NCBI GenBank assembly: GCA_965215185.1
Contig: OZ244034.1
Coordinates: forward strand, 1,760,001 to 1,824,000
Direction: 5' to 3'
From: Acidimicrobiia bacterium
GTDB lineage: Bacteria; Actinomycetota; Acidimicrobiia; Spongiisociales; ZC4RG35
DNA: 64,000 nucleotides
Below the pieces are notes generated by a model, which saw only the letters and a list, made by a program, of their open reading frames with translations, was not told the DNA's origin and did no database searches. A program made the position numbers and the translations under genes. How positions within the stretch are numbered: the first letter of the stretch is position 1; each line of letters begins with the position of its first letter. Of the stretch, positions 31,108-41,655 are shown piece by piece.

Positions 31108-31545
31108 ATGGCCTCTGTTACTCACATTCACCTGGCCTCCGCCCACCGGGGCGACCTGACCCCCATCTCCGAGGTCCGGGCGGTGGAAGGAAAGGGTTTG
31201 GAAGGTGATCGATACCTGGGAACCACCCGCAATGTGACGATGGTGGCCGAGGGAGAGTTGGCCGCCGCCGCCGATCAGTTGGGATATTCCATTCCACCGG
31301 GGGCCACCCGCCGCAACATCACGGTGGACACCGAACGCCTTCCCCGCACCACCGGAACGCTCATCCACATAGGTGAAGCGACCCTGTCGGTATGGCGGGA
31401 TTGCCCTCCGTGTGAGCGGATGTACCAGACGGTCGGCCCCCTGGCGCGAGAGGCTCTGATCGAAAGAGCAGGCATCGCCGCCCAGGTGGTAACAGGTGGA
31501 ATCATCCGCGTCGGCGACCCGGTCCGCATCGAGTCCTCTTCCTGA
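31108..31545 (+). CDS. MOSC domain protein
   Basis: GL.GDRY, RRNI.V, C.PC..M, GGII..GD. Confidence 0.88.
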   Translation: MASVTHIHLASAHRGDLTPISEVRAVEGKGLEGDRYLGTTRNVTMVAEGELAAAADQLGYSIPPGATRRNITVDTERLPRTTGTLIHIGEATLSVWRDCPPCERMYQTVGPLAREALIERAGIAAQVVTGGIIRVGDPVRIESSS

Positions 31546-31608
31546 CCCCCCTAGAGGAGAAGGGTCCAGGAAGACCTGCGTTGCCCGCGCACGGGTAGCC
31601 TATTTCGA

Positions 31609-32535
31609 ATGTTCGAATCACTGGTGGTCGGAAGACAGCTAACCAAGAAGTTTGGAAAATTCACCGCGGTCGACAACATCGACTTTGGCATCAACGCCGG
31701 CGAAGCTTTCGGATTCCTGGGACCCAACGGAGCAGGCAAGAGTTCCACCATGCGGATGATCGGCGCCGTCTCTCCTCCCACTTCCGGACATCTGCGGGTG
31801 CTGGGGATGGACCCCATGACGGAGGGGATAAAGATTCGGGGCCGATTGGGGGTGGTCCCCCAAGATGACAATCTCGACCGGGAGCTATCGGTCTACGAGA
31901 ACCTCCTCACTTACGGACGCTATTTCAACATGGCCCGCGCCGAGATAGACCGCCGGGTCGCCGAGTTGTTGGAGTTCGTTCAACTCACCGAGCGACGCGA
32001 TGACCGGGTGGATCCCCTGTCGGGCGGAATGAAACGACGGCTGATCATCGCCCGCGGCCTGATCAACCAGCCCGAGTTGCTAATACTCGACGAGCCCACC
32101 ACCGGTCTCGATCCCCAGGCTCGTCATGTGGTCTGGGATCGTCTCTATCAACTCAAGCAGAAAGGTGTCACGCTCATCATCACCACCCATTACATGGACG
32201 AAGCCGAGCAACTCTGCGACCGGCTGGTAGTGATGGACAAAGGACGGATCGTCGCCGAGGGATCCCCCCGGGATCTCATCAAGCGTTATTCCACCCGGGA
32301 TGTGCTGGAGATGCGTTTCGAGGCCAATGCCCATCAGCGGGTCATGCCCATCATCGAGGAAGTGGCCGAACGAACCGAGAACCTGGCCGACAGGGTGATG
32401 ATCTACACCCAAAACGCCGATGAAACCGCCGCCAGGTTAGGCCGACGGGGGGTTCACCCCATCTCAACCCTCATCCGTCGCTCCACTTTGGAAGATGTAT
32501 TCCTGCGACTCACCGGCCGTCGACTCATCGAATGA
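31609..32535 (+). CDS. ABC exporter ATP-binding protein (NodI/DrrA-like)
   Basis: GPNGAGKSS, LSGGMKRRL, LDEPTTGLDPQAR, TTHYMDEAE. Confidence 0.93.
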   Translation: MFESLVVGRQLTKKFGKFTAVDNIDFGINAGEAFGFLGPNGAGKSSTMRMIGAVSPPTSGHLRVLGMDPMTEGIKIRGRLGVVPQDDNLDRELSVYENLLTYGRYFNMARAEIDRRVAELLEFVQLTERRDDRVDPLSGGMKRRLIIARGLINQPELLILDEPTTGLDPQARHVVWDRLYQLKQKGVTLIITTHYMDEAEQLCDRLVVMDKGRIVAEGSPRDLIKRYSTRDVLEMRFEANAHQRVMPIIEEVAERTENLADRVMIYTQNADETAARLGRRGVHPISTLIRRSTLEDVFLRLTGRRLIE

Positions 32536-33308
32536 ACACCCCCCGGGCGCTGCTGGTGGTGGAAGCAGAATATCGCTTCTACCGGCGCACCTGGCGGGGA
32601 ACGGTGCTGACCACTTGGTTGCGTCCCATTCTCTTTTTGTTGGCCATGGGAATGGGCCTGGGGACCCTGATCGACCGGAACGCCAATCAGGTCCTGGGAG
32701 ACGGCGGCTACCTGACCTTCCTCGCTCCCGGGTTGATGGCCGCCTCCGCCATGCAGACCGCTATTACGGAATCGTCCTGGCCGGTGCGGACCGGGGTCAA
32801 GTGGCGGAAGAACTACTGGGCTCAGATTTCCACTCCCATCACCCCCAACGACCTGCTGACCGGCTTGATGATCTGGGTTTTCATCAGGTTGGTGTTCGTC
32901 TCCACCGCCTTTGCCGTGGTGATCTGGATATTCGGAGCAGCGCCCTTCGGTAAAAGCCTGGCCGCCGTTCCGGCCGCGGCGCTCACCGGCATGGCTTTTT
33001 CCTCCCCCATGGCTGCATTCGCGGCTTGGATCAAAGAGGACTCGACGATGATCGCCGTGTTCCGATTCAGCATCATCCCCCTGTTTTTGTTCTCGGGTGC
33101 CTTTTTCCCTATCGATCAACTCCCTGACTTCCTGGAGCCCTTGGTGATGATCAGTCCCGCCTGGCACGGCGTGGAGTTGTGTCGTTGGATCGTCATCGGG
33201 ACTCCCCTCACCCTCTCGGTATGGACGCAGGTGGGTTATCTGCTGGCGGCGACGACGGCAGGATGGTGGGCGGCGTCCCGCCAGCTCACCAGGAGGCTCA
33301 TCATATGA
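32532..33308 (+). CDS. ABC-2 permease (NodJ-like)
   Basis: YL.FLAPGL.A, PLFLFSG.FFP. Confidence 0.9.
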   Translation: MNTPRALLVVEAEYRFYRRTWRGTVLTTWLRPILFLLAMGMGLGTLIDRNANQVLGDGGYLTFLAPGLMAASAMQTAITESSWPVRTGVKWRKNYWAQISTPITPNDLLTGLMIWVFIRLVFVSTAFAVVIWIFGAAPFGKSLAAVPAAALTGMAFSSPMAAFAAWIKEDSTMIAVFRFSIIPLFLFSGAFFPIDQLPDFLEPLVMISPAWHGVELCRWIVIGTPLTLSVWTQVGYLLAATTAGWWAASRQLTRRLII

Positions 33309-34111
33309 GTCTGCTTCTGGCCAGGCTGTTTCCGCCCCAGTCCCGTCCCACCCGCCGCGCCAGTCGCCTTCTCCAGCGCAACCTCTTGGTTTACAAGCAC
33401 ATTTGGTTGGTGGTGGTCGCCGGGTTCGGCGAGCCGATCTTCTACCTGTTCGCGGTGGGAGTCGGTTTGGGAAGTTTCGTGGGAGACATCACCACTACCG
33501 ATGGGCAGACCCTTACCTACGCCGCGTTCGTGGCGCCCGGTCTTCTGGCCGCCTCCGCCATGAACGGGGCGGTCATTGAATCCACTTTCCCCATCTTCTT
33601 CAAACTCCACTACAACCGCACCTACGACGCCGTCCTGGCCACTCCCATGCGGGTGGCGGACATCACCGTGGGAGAGATTCTGTGGGCGCAGCTGCGAGCC
33701 GGTATCTACTCCCTCGGTTTCCTGGCGCTGATGTACATCACCGGATTGACCTCTTCGCCGTGGGCGCTGGGCGCGGTGCTCGGCGCTCTCCTGGTGGGTT
33801 TCACATTTTCGGCCGCCGGTTTCGCGGCGGTCACCTTCATGCGCACCTGGCACGACTTCGACATGATCCAGTTGGTGATCCTGCCCCTTTTCCTTTTTTC
33901 CGGCACCTTCTATCCTCTCAGTGTGTACCCGCCCTTTCTTCAACCAATAATGCAGATCTCTCCCCTCTATCACGGAACGGAACTGTTGAGGGCCTTCACC
34001 CTGGGTCAGTTCGACTGGACGCTGGTCGTGCACGTGGGCGTGTTGTTGCTCATGGGAGGGGTGGGCATCGCCATCGTCTCCCGCCGGCTGGTGGGAACAC
34101 TGCTGAAATGA
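33305..34111 (+). CDS. ABC-2 permease (NodJ-like), second subunit
   Basis: EP.FYL, Y..FVAPGL.A, LPLFLFSGTFYP; ATGA coupling. Confidence 0.9.
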   Translation: MSLLLARLFPPQSRPTRRASRLLQRNLLVYKHIWLVVVAGFGEPIFYLFAVGVGLGSFVGDITTTDGQTLTYAAFVAPGLLAASAMNGAVIESTFPIFFKLHYNRTYDAVLATPMRVADITVGEILWAQLRAGIYSLGFLALMYITGLTSSPWALGAVLGALLVGFTFSAAGFAAVTFMRTWHDFDMIQLVILPLFLFSGTFYPLSVYPPFLQPIMQISPLYHGTELLRAFTLGQFDWTLVVHVGVLLLMGGVGIAIVSRRLVGTLLK

Positions 34112-35148
34112 ACTCCGACAACCTCAGCAGCAGAATCCACCAGGCGCTTTTCACCAAGGCCTCCGACGAAGAGGAAACCGAGTCGGGCGCCCTGCCCAAC
34201 AGTTTGCGCATCGACCTGTATCGGTGGATGCGCCTCACCCGCACTCTGGACGACACCATGGTGACAATGTGGAAACAGGGAAGGGGGCTGGGGGGCACTT
34301 TCAGCGGCAAAGGTCATGAAGCCATCAGCGTGGCGATGGGAATGGCCCTGGGTCCCGACGATGTCATCGCCCCCATGCACCGCGACGTCGGCGCCTATCT
34401 GGTCAGGGGCATGACCCCGGCCAGGGTGTTCGGCAACTTGCTGGGCAGGGAGATTGGTCCCAGCCGGGGAAGGGACGCCAATCTTCACGGCATGGGAGAC
34501 CTGAGCCTGGGGATCATCGGGTACGTCTCCCACATTCCCCAGCAACTGCCCCTCAGCCTGGGGGTGGCGATGGCCTTCAAATACCGCAACGAACCCCGGG
34601 TGGCGCTCACCGTGGTGGGCGACGGGGGGACCTGCACCGGCTCCTATCACGAGTCGCTGAACATGGCCGCTCTCTACCAAGCGCCCCTGGTGCTGATCAT
34701 CGAGAACAACCAATACGCCTATTCCACTCCCCTTGACCAGCAGATGGCCAACTTCGACATCACCGAGCGAGCCGCCGGCTATGGACTCCCCGCCCACCGG
34801 CAGGACGGAAACGACGTGGAAGCCATGTACGGCTCTATCAAAGCCGCCGTGGACCAGGCCCGCCAGGGCGGCGGACCCAGCGTCATCGAAGCGCGGACCA
34901 TGCGCATGCTGGGCCACGCCATCCACGACGGCGCCGAATACGTACCCCCGCAGCTTCTGGAAAAGTGGGCGGCCCGTGATCCGCTGATTCTGCACCGTCG
35001 GCAACTCACCGAAGAGAAAGTGGCCGATGAGACCCGCCTGGACGAGATAGACGCCTGGGCCGAGGCCGAGATCGAAGCGGCGGTGGCCGAGGCGGAGGCC
35101 GCGCCCTGGCCAGATCCGGGCACCGTCACAGAACGGGTCTATGCATGA
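34108..35148 (+). CDS. TPP-dependent 2-oxoacid dehydrogenase E1 alpha subunit
   Basis: GHEA, GDG TPP motif followed by ENNQYAYST, R..GH. Confidence 0.92.
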   Translation: MNSDNLSSRIHQALFTKASDEEETESGALPNSLRIDLYRWMRLTRTLDDTMVTMWKQGRGLGGTFSGKGHEAISVAMGMALGPDDVIAPMHRDVGAYLVRGMTPARVFGNLLGREIGPSRGRDANLHGMGDLSLGIIGYVSHIPQQLPLSLGVAMAFKYRNEPRVALTVVGDGGTCTGSYHESLNMAALYQAPLVLIIENNQYAYSTPLDQQMANFDITERAAGYGLPAHRQDGNDVEAMYGSIKAAVDQARQGGGPSVIEARTMRMLGHAIHDGAEYVPPQLLEKWAARDPLILHRRQLTEEKVADETRLDEIDAWAEAEIEAAVAEAEAAPWPDPGTVTERVYA

Positions 35149-36122
35149 GAGAACTCACCTACCTGCAGGCCATCTCGGACGCCATCGCCCACGAAATGGA
35201 CAGAGACCCCGCCGTGCTGGTGCTCGGCGAGGATGTGGGGGGCGAATTCGGAGGAGCCTTCAAGGTCACCAAGGGGTTGGCCGCCCGTTTCGGAGACCGC
35301 CGGGTGATCAACACTCCCATCGCCGAGCTTTCGTTCATCGGCATGGCCAACGGTATGGCGCTGATGGGCCTGCGTCCCATCATTGAGGTGCAGTTCGCTG
35401 ATTTCATCTCCTCGGGATTCGATTCGATCGTCCAATCCGCCGCCACCATCCACTACCGCTTCGGAGGTGCGGTCCCCTGGGTGATCCGTGCTCCTTCCGA
35501 CGGCGGGATCCGCTCGGGTCCCTTTCACAGCCAGAATCCCGAAGCCTGGTTCGTCCACACCCCCGGCCTCAAAGTGGTGGCGCCCTCCAATCCCGCCGAC
35601 GCCAAGGGCCTTTTGTGTGCGGCGATTCGCGACCCCAACCCGGTGATCTATTTCGAGGCCAAGCCGCTGTACCGGTCGCTGCGGGGACCGGTGCCCACCG
35701 GTGAGCATCTGGTCCCCATCGGGAAAGCCAAGGTGGTCAGAGAGGGCATCCATCTCACCATCATTGCCTACGGCGCTCAGGTCCCCCAGGCGCTCTCGGC
35801 CGCCCAGACACTCAGCGCCGAGGGAATCGAGGCGGAGGTGGTGGATCTGCGCACCCTGAAGCCTCTTGACTTCTCCACGGTCGCCGACAGCGTCACCCGC
35901 ACCTCTAGAGCCTTGGTGGTCCACTCTGCCAATCGGCTGGCCGGAGTGGGCGCCGAGGTGGCCGCCCGCCTCGCCGAAGACTGTTTCGAGTGGTTGGACG
36001 CCCCGGTCACCCGACTGGGCGGCCTTGACACTCCCGTCCCGTTCAGCCCTCCCCTCGAGGACGCCTACCGGCCCAACGCCGCCAAGATCGTCACCGCCGC
36101 TCGCAAGCTGGCCGCCTACTAG
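35145..36122 (+). CDS. 2-oxoacid dehydrogenase E1 beta subunit
   Basis: GEDV, TPIAE, EVQFADF, HSQ.PE, DLRTL.PLD. Confidence 0.93.
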   Translation: MRELTYLQAISDAIAHEMDRDPAVLVLGEDVGGEFGGAFKVTKGLAARFGDRRVINTPIAELSFIGMANGMALMGLRPIIEVQFADFISSGFDSIVQSAATIHYRFGGAVPWVIRAPSDGGIRSGPFHSQNPEAWFVHTPGLKVVAPSNPADAKGLLCAAIRDPNPVIYFEAKPLYRSLRGPVPTGEHLVPIGKAKVVREGIHLTIIAYGAQVPQALSAAQTLSAEGIEAEVVDLRTLKPLDFSTVADSVTRTSRALVVHSANRLAGVGAEVAARLAEDCFEWLDAPVTRLGGLDTPVPFSPPLEDAYRPNAAKIVTAARKLAAY

Positions 36123-36177
36123 AGCTCGTCCGCGCCTTCCACGGTCGGTGATTCTCGGGTCCCCTGCCAGGTCTACT

Positions 36178-38448
36178 ATGGGCGGGATGCAGAGTTCCAT
36201 TATCGGCGCGGCCGTCAAGCGTGTGGAGGACCCGCGGCTCATCACTGGACGGGGACGGTTCGTGGGCAACATCTCCCGACCCGACGCCCTGTGGATGAAA
36301 GTGGTGCGCTCCGACCTCCCCCACGGGATCATCACCGACATCGACATCGAGGAGGCCTTGGATTCTCCGGGGGTGGTGGCGGTCTTCACCGCGGCCGACC
36401 TGGGATTGCGGTCACTGCCGGTGGGATCACCAGGCGCCGACCCCGGCTTCAGCCAGCCGGTGCCCGCTTCTGACCGGGTGCGTTTCACCGGAGAGGCGGT
36501 GGCGGTGGTGATTGCCGAAACCAATCAGCAGGCCGCCGACGCCGCCAAGATGGTGTGGGTCGACATTGACCCCCTGCCCGCCGTGACCAGCCCCATCGAC
36601 GCCATGGCCGAGGGCGCCCCGCTGCTGTTCCCCGAGGTGGGAACCAACGTGGCACTCGACACCAGCATCACCGACCCCACCGAAGATCCCCTCGCCGAGG
36701 CGGAGGTAGTGATCCGCGCCCAGTTCTACAACCAAAGGGTGGCCGGGGTTCCCCTTGAGAACAGCAATACCCTGGCCGTCCCCGATGAGGAGCGCCTGGA
36801 TGTCTGGGCGGGTTCCCAAAACGCTTTCGTTCACCGCAACTCCATTGCCCGCAGTCTGGGAATCGACCGTGATCTGGTGCGGTTCAGGGTGCCTGACATG
36901 GGCGGGGGGTTCGGGGTGAAGATCGCCCCCATGCCCGAGCAGATCCTGTGTGCCGCCGCCGCCTACCGTCTGAGACGACCCGTGCGCTGGCAGGAAACCC
37001 GCGAGGAGAACTTGCTGAGCCTTCCTCACGGTCGTGGTCACCACCAAACCGTGGAACTGGGCGCCCGCCGGGACGGGACGCTCACCGGGCTTCGGGTGCA
37101 TGTGGTGGCCGAATCGGGCGCCTATGTGTATTTCGGCGCGTTTCTCCCCGAATTCAGCATCATGGTGGCCAACGGCGCCTACCACATTCCCCGGGTGCAG
37201 TTCACCTATCAATCGGTGGTGTCCAACACCTGCCCCATCAACGCCTACCGGGGAGCGGGCCGGCCCGAGGCGACCGCCCTTCTGGAACGGTGCATGGACC
37301 TGCTGGCCGACCAACTGGGCATGGACCCCGCCGAGATCCGTCGGCGCAACTTCCTGCAGCCCGATCAGTTCCCCTACCGGACCCCCACCAATCAGCTATA
37401 CGACTCGGGTAACTATGAGAAAGCGCTGGATCGGGCCCTGGAGATGGTCGGTTACCAGGCTCTGCGCCGACAACAAGCCGAGCGGGTGGCGCGGGGCGAC
37501 CAATGGCGGCTGGGAGTGGGAATCAGCAGTTATGTGGAGATCACCGCCCCCGTGGGGAGAAGCGAGTGGGGTTCGGTCACTGTCCGCGAGGACAACATCA
37601 TTGAGTTGGCCACCGGCCTCTCCTCCCACGGGCAGGGTCACGAAACCTCCCTCACCCAGATCGTGGCCGAAGTGATGCAGGTCCCCATGGATCGGATCAT
37701 CTACATCCAGGGCGACACGGGCCGGGTGGCCCAAGGGGGCGGCACCATGGGATCCCGTTCTTTGCAGCTGGGCGGGTCGGCGATCCTGGAAGCCGGTCAG
37801 CAGGTGGTGGAAAAGGCGAGGAAGCTCTTTGCAGAGTTGCAGGAGGCCGCGCTGGAGGACGTGGTGATCACCAAGGAGGGGACGGTGGCGGTGGCCGGTT
37901 CGCCCGACACCGCGATGACCTGGGGAGAGTTGGCGCGGGTCAGCAACGAGGGGCTGTCTTCGCAGCTATCCCTCGACCAGCCGGAGGCGACCTTTCCTTT
38001 CGGAACCCACATTGCGGTGGTAGAGGTGGACATTGAGACCGGCGACGTGCATTATTTGCGCCACGTGGCGGTGGACGACTGCGGAAGGATCATCAACCGC
38101 CGGATGGTGGACGGGCAAGTGCACGGTGGAGTGGCCCAGGCCGCCGGGCAGGCGCTGTTGGAGCAGGTCCTCTACGATTCGGAGGCCAATCCGCTCACCA
38201 GCAACCTCACCACCTATCTGGTGCCCACCGCCGCCAATCTGCCATCCATCGAGATCGACCACACCATCACCCCCACCACCCAGAACGCCATGGGGGTCAA
38301 AGGCATCGGAGAGGCGGGAACCATCGGCGCCACCCCCGCCATCCAAAACGCCGTCCTCGATGCCCTGCGGCCCTTGGGAGTAACCCACCTCGACATGCCC
38401 CTCACTCCCTCCCGGGTATGGCAGGCTATCGACGAAGCAACCCGGTAG
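36178..38448 (+). CDS. Xanthine dehydrogenase family molybdopterin subunit (form II CoxL/CutL-like)
   Basis: R.EDPRL.TG, GGGFG.K, AYRGAGRPE, HGQGHET, GT.GSRS, GQ.HGG, KG.GEAG. Confidence 0.92.
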   Translation: MGGMQSSIIGAAVKRVEDPRLITGRGRFVGNISRPDALWMKVVRSDLPHGIITDIDIEEALDSPGVVAVFTAADLGLRSLPVGSPGADPGFSQPVPASDRVRFTGEAVAVVIAETNQQAADAAKMVWVDIDPLPAVTSPIDAMAEGAPLLFPEVGTNVALDTSITDPTEDPLAEAEVVIRAQFYNQRVAGVPLENSNTLAVPDEERLDVWAGSQNAFVHRNSIARSLGIDRDLVRFRVPDMGGGFGVKIAPMPEQILCAAAAYRLRRPVRWQETREENLLSLPHGRGHHQTVELGARRDGTLTGLRVHVVAESGAYVYFGAFLPEFSIMVANGAYHIPRVQFTYQSVVSNTCPINAYRGAGRPEATALLERCMDLLADQLGMDPAEIRRRNFLQPDQFPYRTPTNQLYDSGNYEKALDRALEMVGYQALRRQQAERVARGDQWRLGVGISSYVEITAPVGRSEWGSVTVREDNIIELATGLSSHGQGHETSLTQIVAEVMQVPMDRIIYIQGDTGRVAQGGGTMGSRSLQLGGSAILEAGQQVVEKARKLFAELQEAALEDVVITKEGTVAVAGSPDTAMTWGELARVSNEGLSSQLSLDQPEATFPFGTHIAVVEVDIETGDVHYLRHVAVDDCGRIINRRMVDGQVHGGVAQAAGQALLEQVLYDSEANPLTSNLTTYLVPTAANLPSIEIDHTITPTTQNAMGVKGIGEAGTIGATPAIQNAVLDALRPLGVTHLDMPLTPSRVWQAIDEATR

Positions 38449-38873
38449 CCACCCTCGGCCAGGTAAGACGGCCCACAACCGGCGGGCGGCTTGCACCGCT
38501 TCACAAAAAGCCGCGAAATTTCTCCGGGACGGGAAGGTTCCCGTTTGGGCCCTCCCCCGCCACCACCGACCATATTGAAGTCGCGAAAAACTGCCTTGAT
38601 GGATTGTCGTCGACCTGACCTCAAGCGGTTCGAGGGAGCTCCGGAGCCCCGAACGGGACGGGTTTGTAGCTTCTGGCAGTATGTGCCAGGAACGGGCCGG
38701 CCTTCAAGACCTGGCCGGCGGTTTTCTTGCCAATCTTTAAAGAAGGGCGGCGAGGCGGGCCTACCAAGGGTGAACTCTCGCGAATGGAGACGAGGGTTCG
38801 CGAGAGGTAGGTTTCCCCCAAAGCAGTGAGCCCGCCTTCCGCCGGTCTAAATTTTTGACAAGGGCCTAGTCGG

Positions 38874-39953
38874 TTACACCTCCACGTTGCCCACAATGAA
38901 AGCCTCCAATGCGTCACGTGCTTGTTCATCTCGCATCTGCTGGGGAGGCGACTTCATGAAATAGGCGCTGGCCTCATGGAGCGGACCGGACACTCCCCGG
39001 TCCAGACCCAACTTGGCGCAACGAAGCGCATCGATCACCACCCCCGCCGAGTTGGGGCTGTCCCAAACTTCCAGTTTCACCTCGGCGTTGAGGGGAGTAT
39101 CACCGAAGGCGGTTCCCTCCAGGCGAATGTGCGCCCACTTGCGGTCGGTCAACCAGGGAACATGATCCGAAGGACCGATATGGACATCTTCCACCGGTGT
39201 TCGGGTCTGCAACTGGCTGGTGACCGCTTTGGTCTTGGATTCTTTCTTCGACACCAGCCGACTTCTTTCCAGCATGTTCAAAAAGTCGGTGTTGCCGCCG
39301 AAATTGAGTTGATAGGTGCGGTCCACCTTCACCCCCCGGTCCTGGAAGAGGTTCACCAGGGTGCGGTGCAAGATGGTGGCGCCCACCTGTGATTTGATGT
39401 CGTCGCCCACGATGGGAACTCCCGCCGCGCGGAACCGGTCGGCCCATTCGGGGGTGCGGGCGATGAACACGGGAATGCAATTGACGAAGGCACAACCTGC
39501 CGCCATAGCCTGTTCCGCATAGAATTCGGTGGCCTTCTGCGATCCGACCGGCAGATAGGAGACCACGACGTCGACCCGGGCCTTCCGAAGCTCCTCTGCG
39601 ACATCCACCTCGGGAATCGCCGATTCCTCCACCAGGTCGGCCAGATAGGACCCGATCCCATCCAGGGTGGGGCCTCGCTGCACGGTGACATCCAGGTGCG
39701 ATACATCAGCAAAGGTGATGGTGTTGTTCTGTCCCCCGGCGATTGCCTTGGACAGGTCTTGGCCTACTTTGGTGGCGTCCACGTCGAAAGCAGCCACAAA
39801 CCGAATGTCGCTGATGTGGTATCCGCCCAGTGTGGCGTGCATGAGCCCGGGAATCATTTGATCGACCGGAGCGTCCTGGTAGAACTCGACTCCCTGCACC
39901 AGGGACGAGGCACAGTTGCCCACCCCGACGATCGCAACCCTTATTTCTTTCAC
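38874..39953 (-). CDS. ino1: Inositol-3-phosphate synthase
   Basis: [47 protein letters not shown]. Confidence 0.96.
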   Translation of the reverse strand: MKEIRVAIVGVGNCASSLVQGVEFYQDAPVDQMIPGLMHATLGGYHISDIRFVAAFDVDATKVGQDLSKAIAGGQNNTITFADVSHLDVTVQRGPTLDGIGSYLADLVEESAIPEVDVAEELRKARVDVVVSYLPVGSQKATEFYAEQAMAAGCAFVNCIPVFIARTPEWADRFRAAGVPIVGDDIKSQVGATILHRTLVNLFQDRGVKVDRTYQLNFGGNTDFLNMLERSRLVSKKESKTKAVTSQLQTRTPVEDVHIGPSDHVPWLTDRKWAHIRLEGTAFGDTPLNAEVKLEVWDSPNSAGVVIDALRCAKLGLDRGVSGPLHEASAYFMKSPPQQMRDEQARDALEAFIVGNVEV

Positions 39954-40034
39954 TGTGAAATGCCCTTCATGTTTGACTGACGTAGTTTGCCAGAATCATT
40001 TCGATTAGTCAAATAGATGGTTACATTACTATTG

Positions 40035-40049
40035 ATAGAATATATTTAT
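40035..40049. promoter_or_regulatory. Putative LTTR box (ATAG-N7-TTAT, T-N11-A) in the AT-rich divergent ino1/LysR spacer
   Basis: Motif overlaps the LysR start codon. Confidence 0.5.
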
Positions 40050-40890
40050 GGATATCCCCTCTCTCAACCTCAGAAGCCTGCGATACCTCCTAGAGGTAGA
40101 ACAACGCGGCTCCTTCACCGAGGCGGCGTTGGAGCTGCGGATCAGCCAACCCGCTCTCTCCCATTCCCTGGCTGAGCTGTCCAAACGTCTGGGAGCCCCC
40201 CTGTTCAGGAAACAGGGACGGCAACGGGTGCTCACCGAAGCGGGAGAGCGGGCGGCGCGTTACGCCGACCATGTACTCGGACAGACCATCGACCTGCTCC
40301 GGTGGCTCGAAAGTTGGGAACGAGGGCAAGTGGGCACCTTACGGGTGGGGATGATCGACACCGCCGGGCTCTACACGCTGCCCGCCGGTCTATCGCAATT
40401 GCGTGAAGAGCACGCCACCATCGATCTACAACTGGTAGTGGCTGACTCAGCAGCGTTGCTGTCGATGCTGGACAGCTATCAGATCGACCTGGCCTTCGTG
40501 GTGGGACCAGCCGGGCCCCGATACAACTGCGTGCCCATCACCGCTGAGCGGATGCATATCTACTCCCCGATAGGATCCGACTCCGAGCCGGAGGGCTGGG
40601 CGCTTTTTCCTCCCGGCTCCCGCACCCGCCTGTTGGTCGACCAGGGCTTGGCGCAACTGGGCATCAGACCCCAGGTCGCCTTGGAATCCACCAATCCGAG
40701 GATGCTTCGCCAGATGGCGGTGTTGGGTTACGCTCGCACGGTCCTCCCCCAGGAGGTGGCGGCTTCGGGAAGTGACGCCCTCCCCTTGGCGGAAGGCCCA
40801 CTGGTGGCGCTTCGCAGGATTGAGGGCGTGTGGAGGAAAGACTCCGAACTCGACCCCCGAGCTCAAAGACTGCTCAGGCTGGTGAGGTGA
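40048..40890 (+). CDS. LysR family transcriptional regulator
   Basis: GSFT.AA..L.ISQPALS, LG.PLF.R, G.LRVG. Confidence 0.93.
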   Translation: MDIPSLNLRSLRYLLEVEQRGSFTEAALELRISQPALSHSLAELSKRLGAPLFRKQGRQRVLTEAGERAARYADHVLGQTIDLLRWLESWERGQVGTLRVGMIDTAGLYTLPAGLSQLREEHATIDLQLVVADSAALLSMLDSYQIDLAFVVGPAGPRYNCVPITAERMHIYSPIGSDSEPEGWALFPPGSRTRLLVDQGLAQLGIRPQVALESTNPRMLRQMAVLGYARTVLPQEVAASGSDALPLAEGPLVALRRIEGVWRKDSELDPRAQRLLRLVR

Positions 40891-41655
40891 TCACACCCGG
40901 CGGACGCCCGCCAGGTATTGGGTCATTGCGTCTTTGAGGAAACCGTCCATGCCGGTGGCGATATACCGGGCGCCCTTGCCGATCCACTCCTCGGCGGCCT
41001 CCACAGTGCCGGCGTAGATCCCAAAAACCTTATCCGAACCGGCCACAGCCGCGGCCACCCTGTCGATGGCCTCCACCAGCCGGGGATGGTTCCCTTGGCC
41101 GGCCAGCCCCATCGACTGGGAGAGGTCGGTGGGTCCCACGAACAACACATCAAGATCGTCGACCTCCAGGTACTCATCGATAGCCTCAACCGCCTCTAGG
41201 GTCTCGATATGAATAATGGTCAGCGTCTCCCGGTTGGACCGGGCGATGTATTCATCGAGGGGATCGGTGATGCCGTACCCGCCCCTACGGTTGCCGGCCA
41301 GCCCCCGCACCCCCCGGGGGTGGTATTTGACCGAACGCACCGCCTGCTCGGCCTCGGACCCGCTGTTCACCCACGGGACATGCACCCCGTGAGCCCCGGC
41401 ATCCAGAAAACGCAGGATGGAATGGGGAACATTGGCGGGCACCCTGGCGATGGGAGTGACGCCGTGCAACTCCACAGCGCGGGAAAGGTCGGAGATGTCC
41501 GTCGCTTCCACCGGACCGTGCTCGCCGTCGAAAATCACGAAATCCCAGCCCAACAGCGCCAGGTATTCCGCCAAATCGGGGACGGCATGCCTCAGAAAAC
41601 ACCCCACCACCGTCTCGCCGGCAGCCAGTTTGGCCTTGGTGAGGTTGCGAATCAT
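40891..41655 (-). CDS. HpcH/HpaI aldolase family protein
   Basis: D.EHG, LDAGA.G..VP, G.RG, IET, F.GP.DLS. Confidence 0.92.
   Translation of the reverse strand: MIRNLTKAKLAAGETVVGCFLRHAVPDLAEYLALLGWDFVIFDGEHGPVEATDISDLSRAVELHGVTPIARVPANVPHSILRFLDAGAHGVHVPWVNSGSEAEQAVRSVKYHPRGVRGLAGNRRGGYGITDPLDEYIARSNRETLTIIHIETLEAVEAIDEYLEVDDLDVLFVGPTDLSQSMGLAGQGNHPRLVEAIDRVAAAVAGSDKVFGIYAGTVEAAEEWIGKGARYIATGMDGFLKDAMTQYLAGVRRV

Noticed and set aside
36178-38448. True CO dehydrogenase (form I)
   Set aside because: The active-site loop is AYRGAGR, not AYXCSFR, and coxMS are absent.
38450-38870. ncRNA or small gene in the 420-bp convergent gap
   Set aside because: No recognisable RNA family, convincing ORF or repeat.
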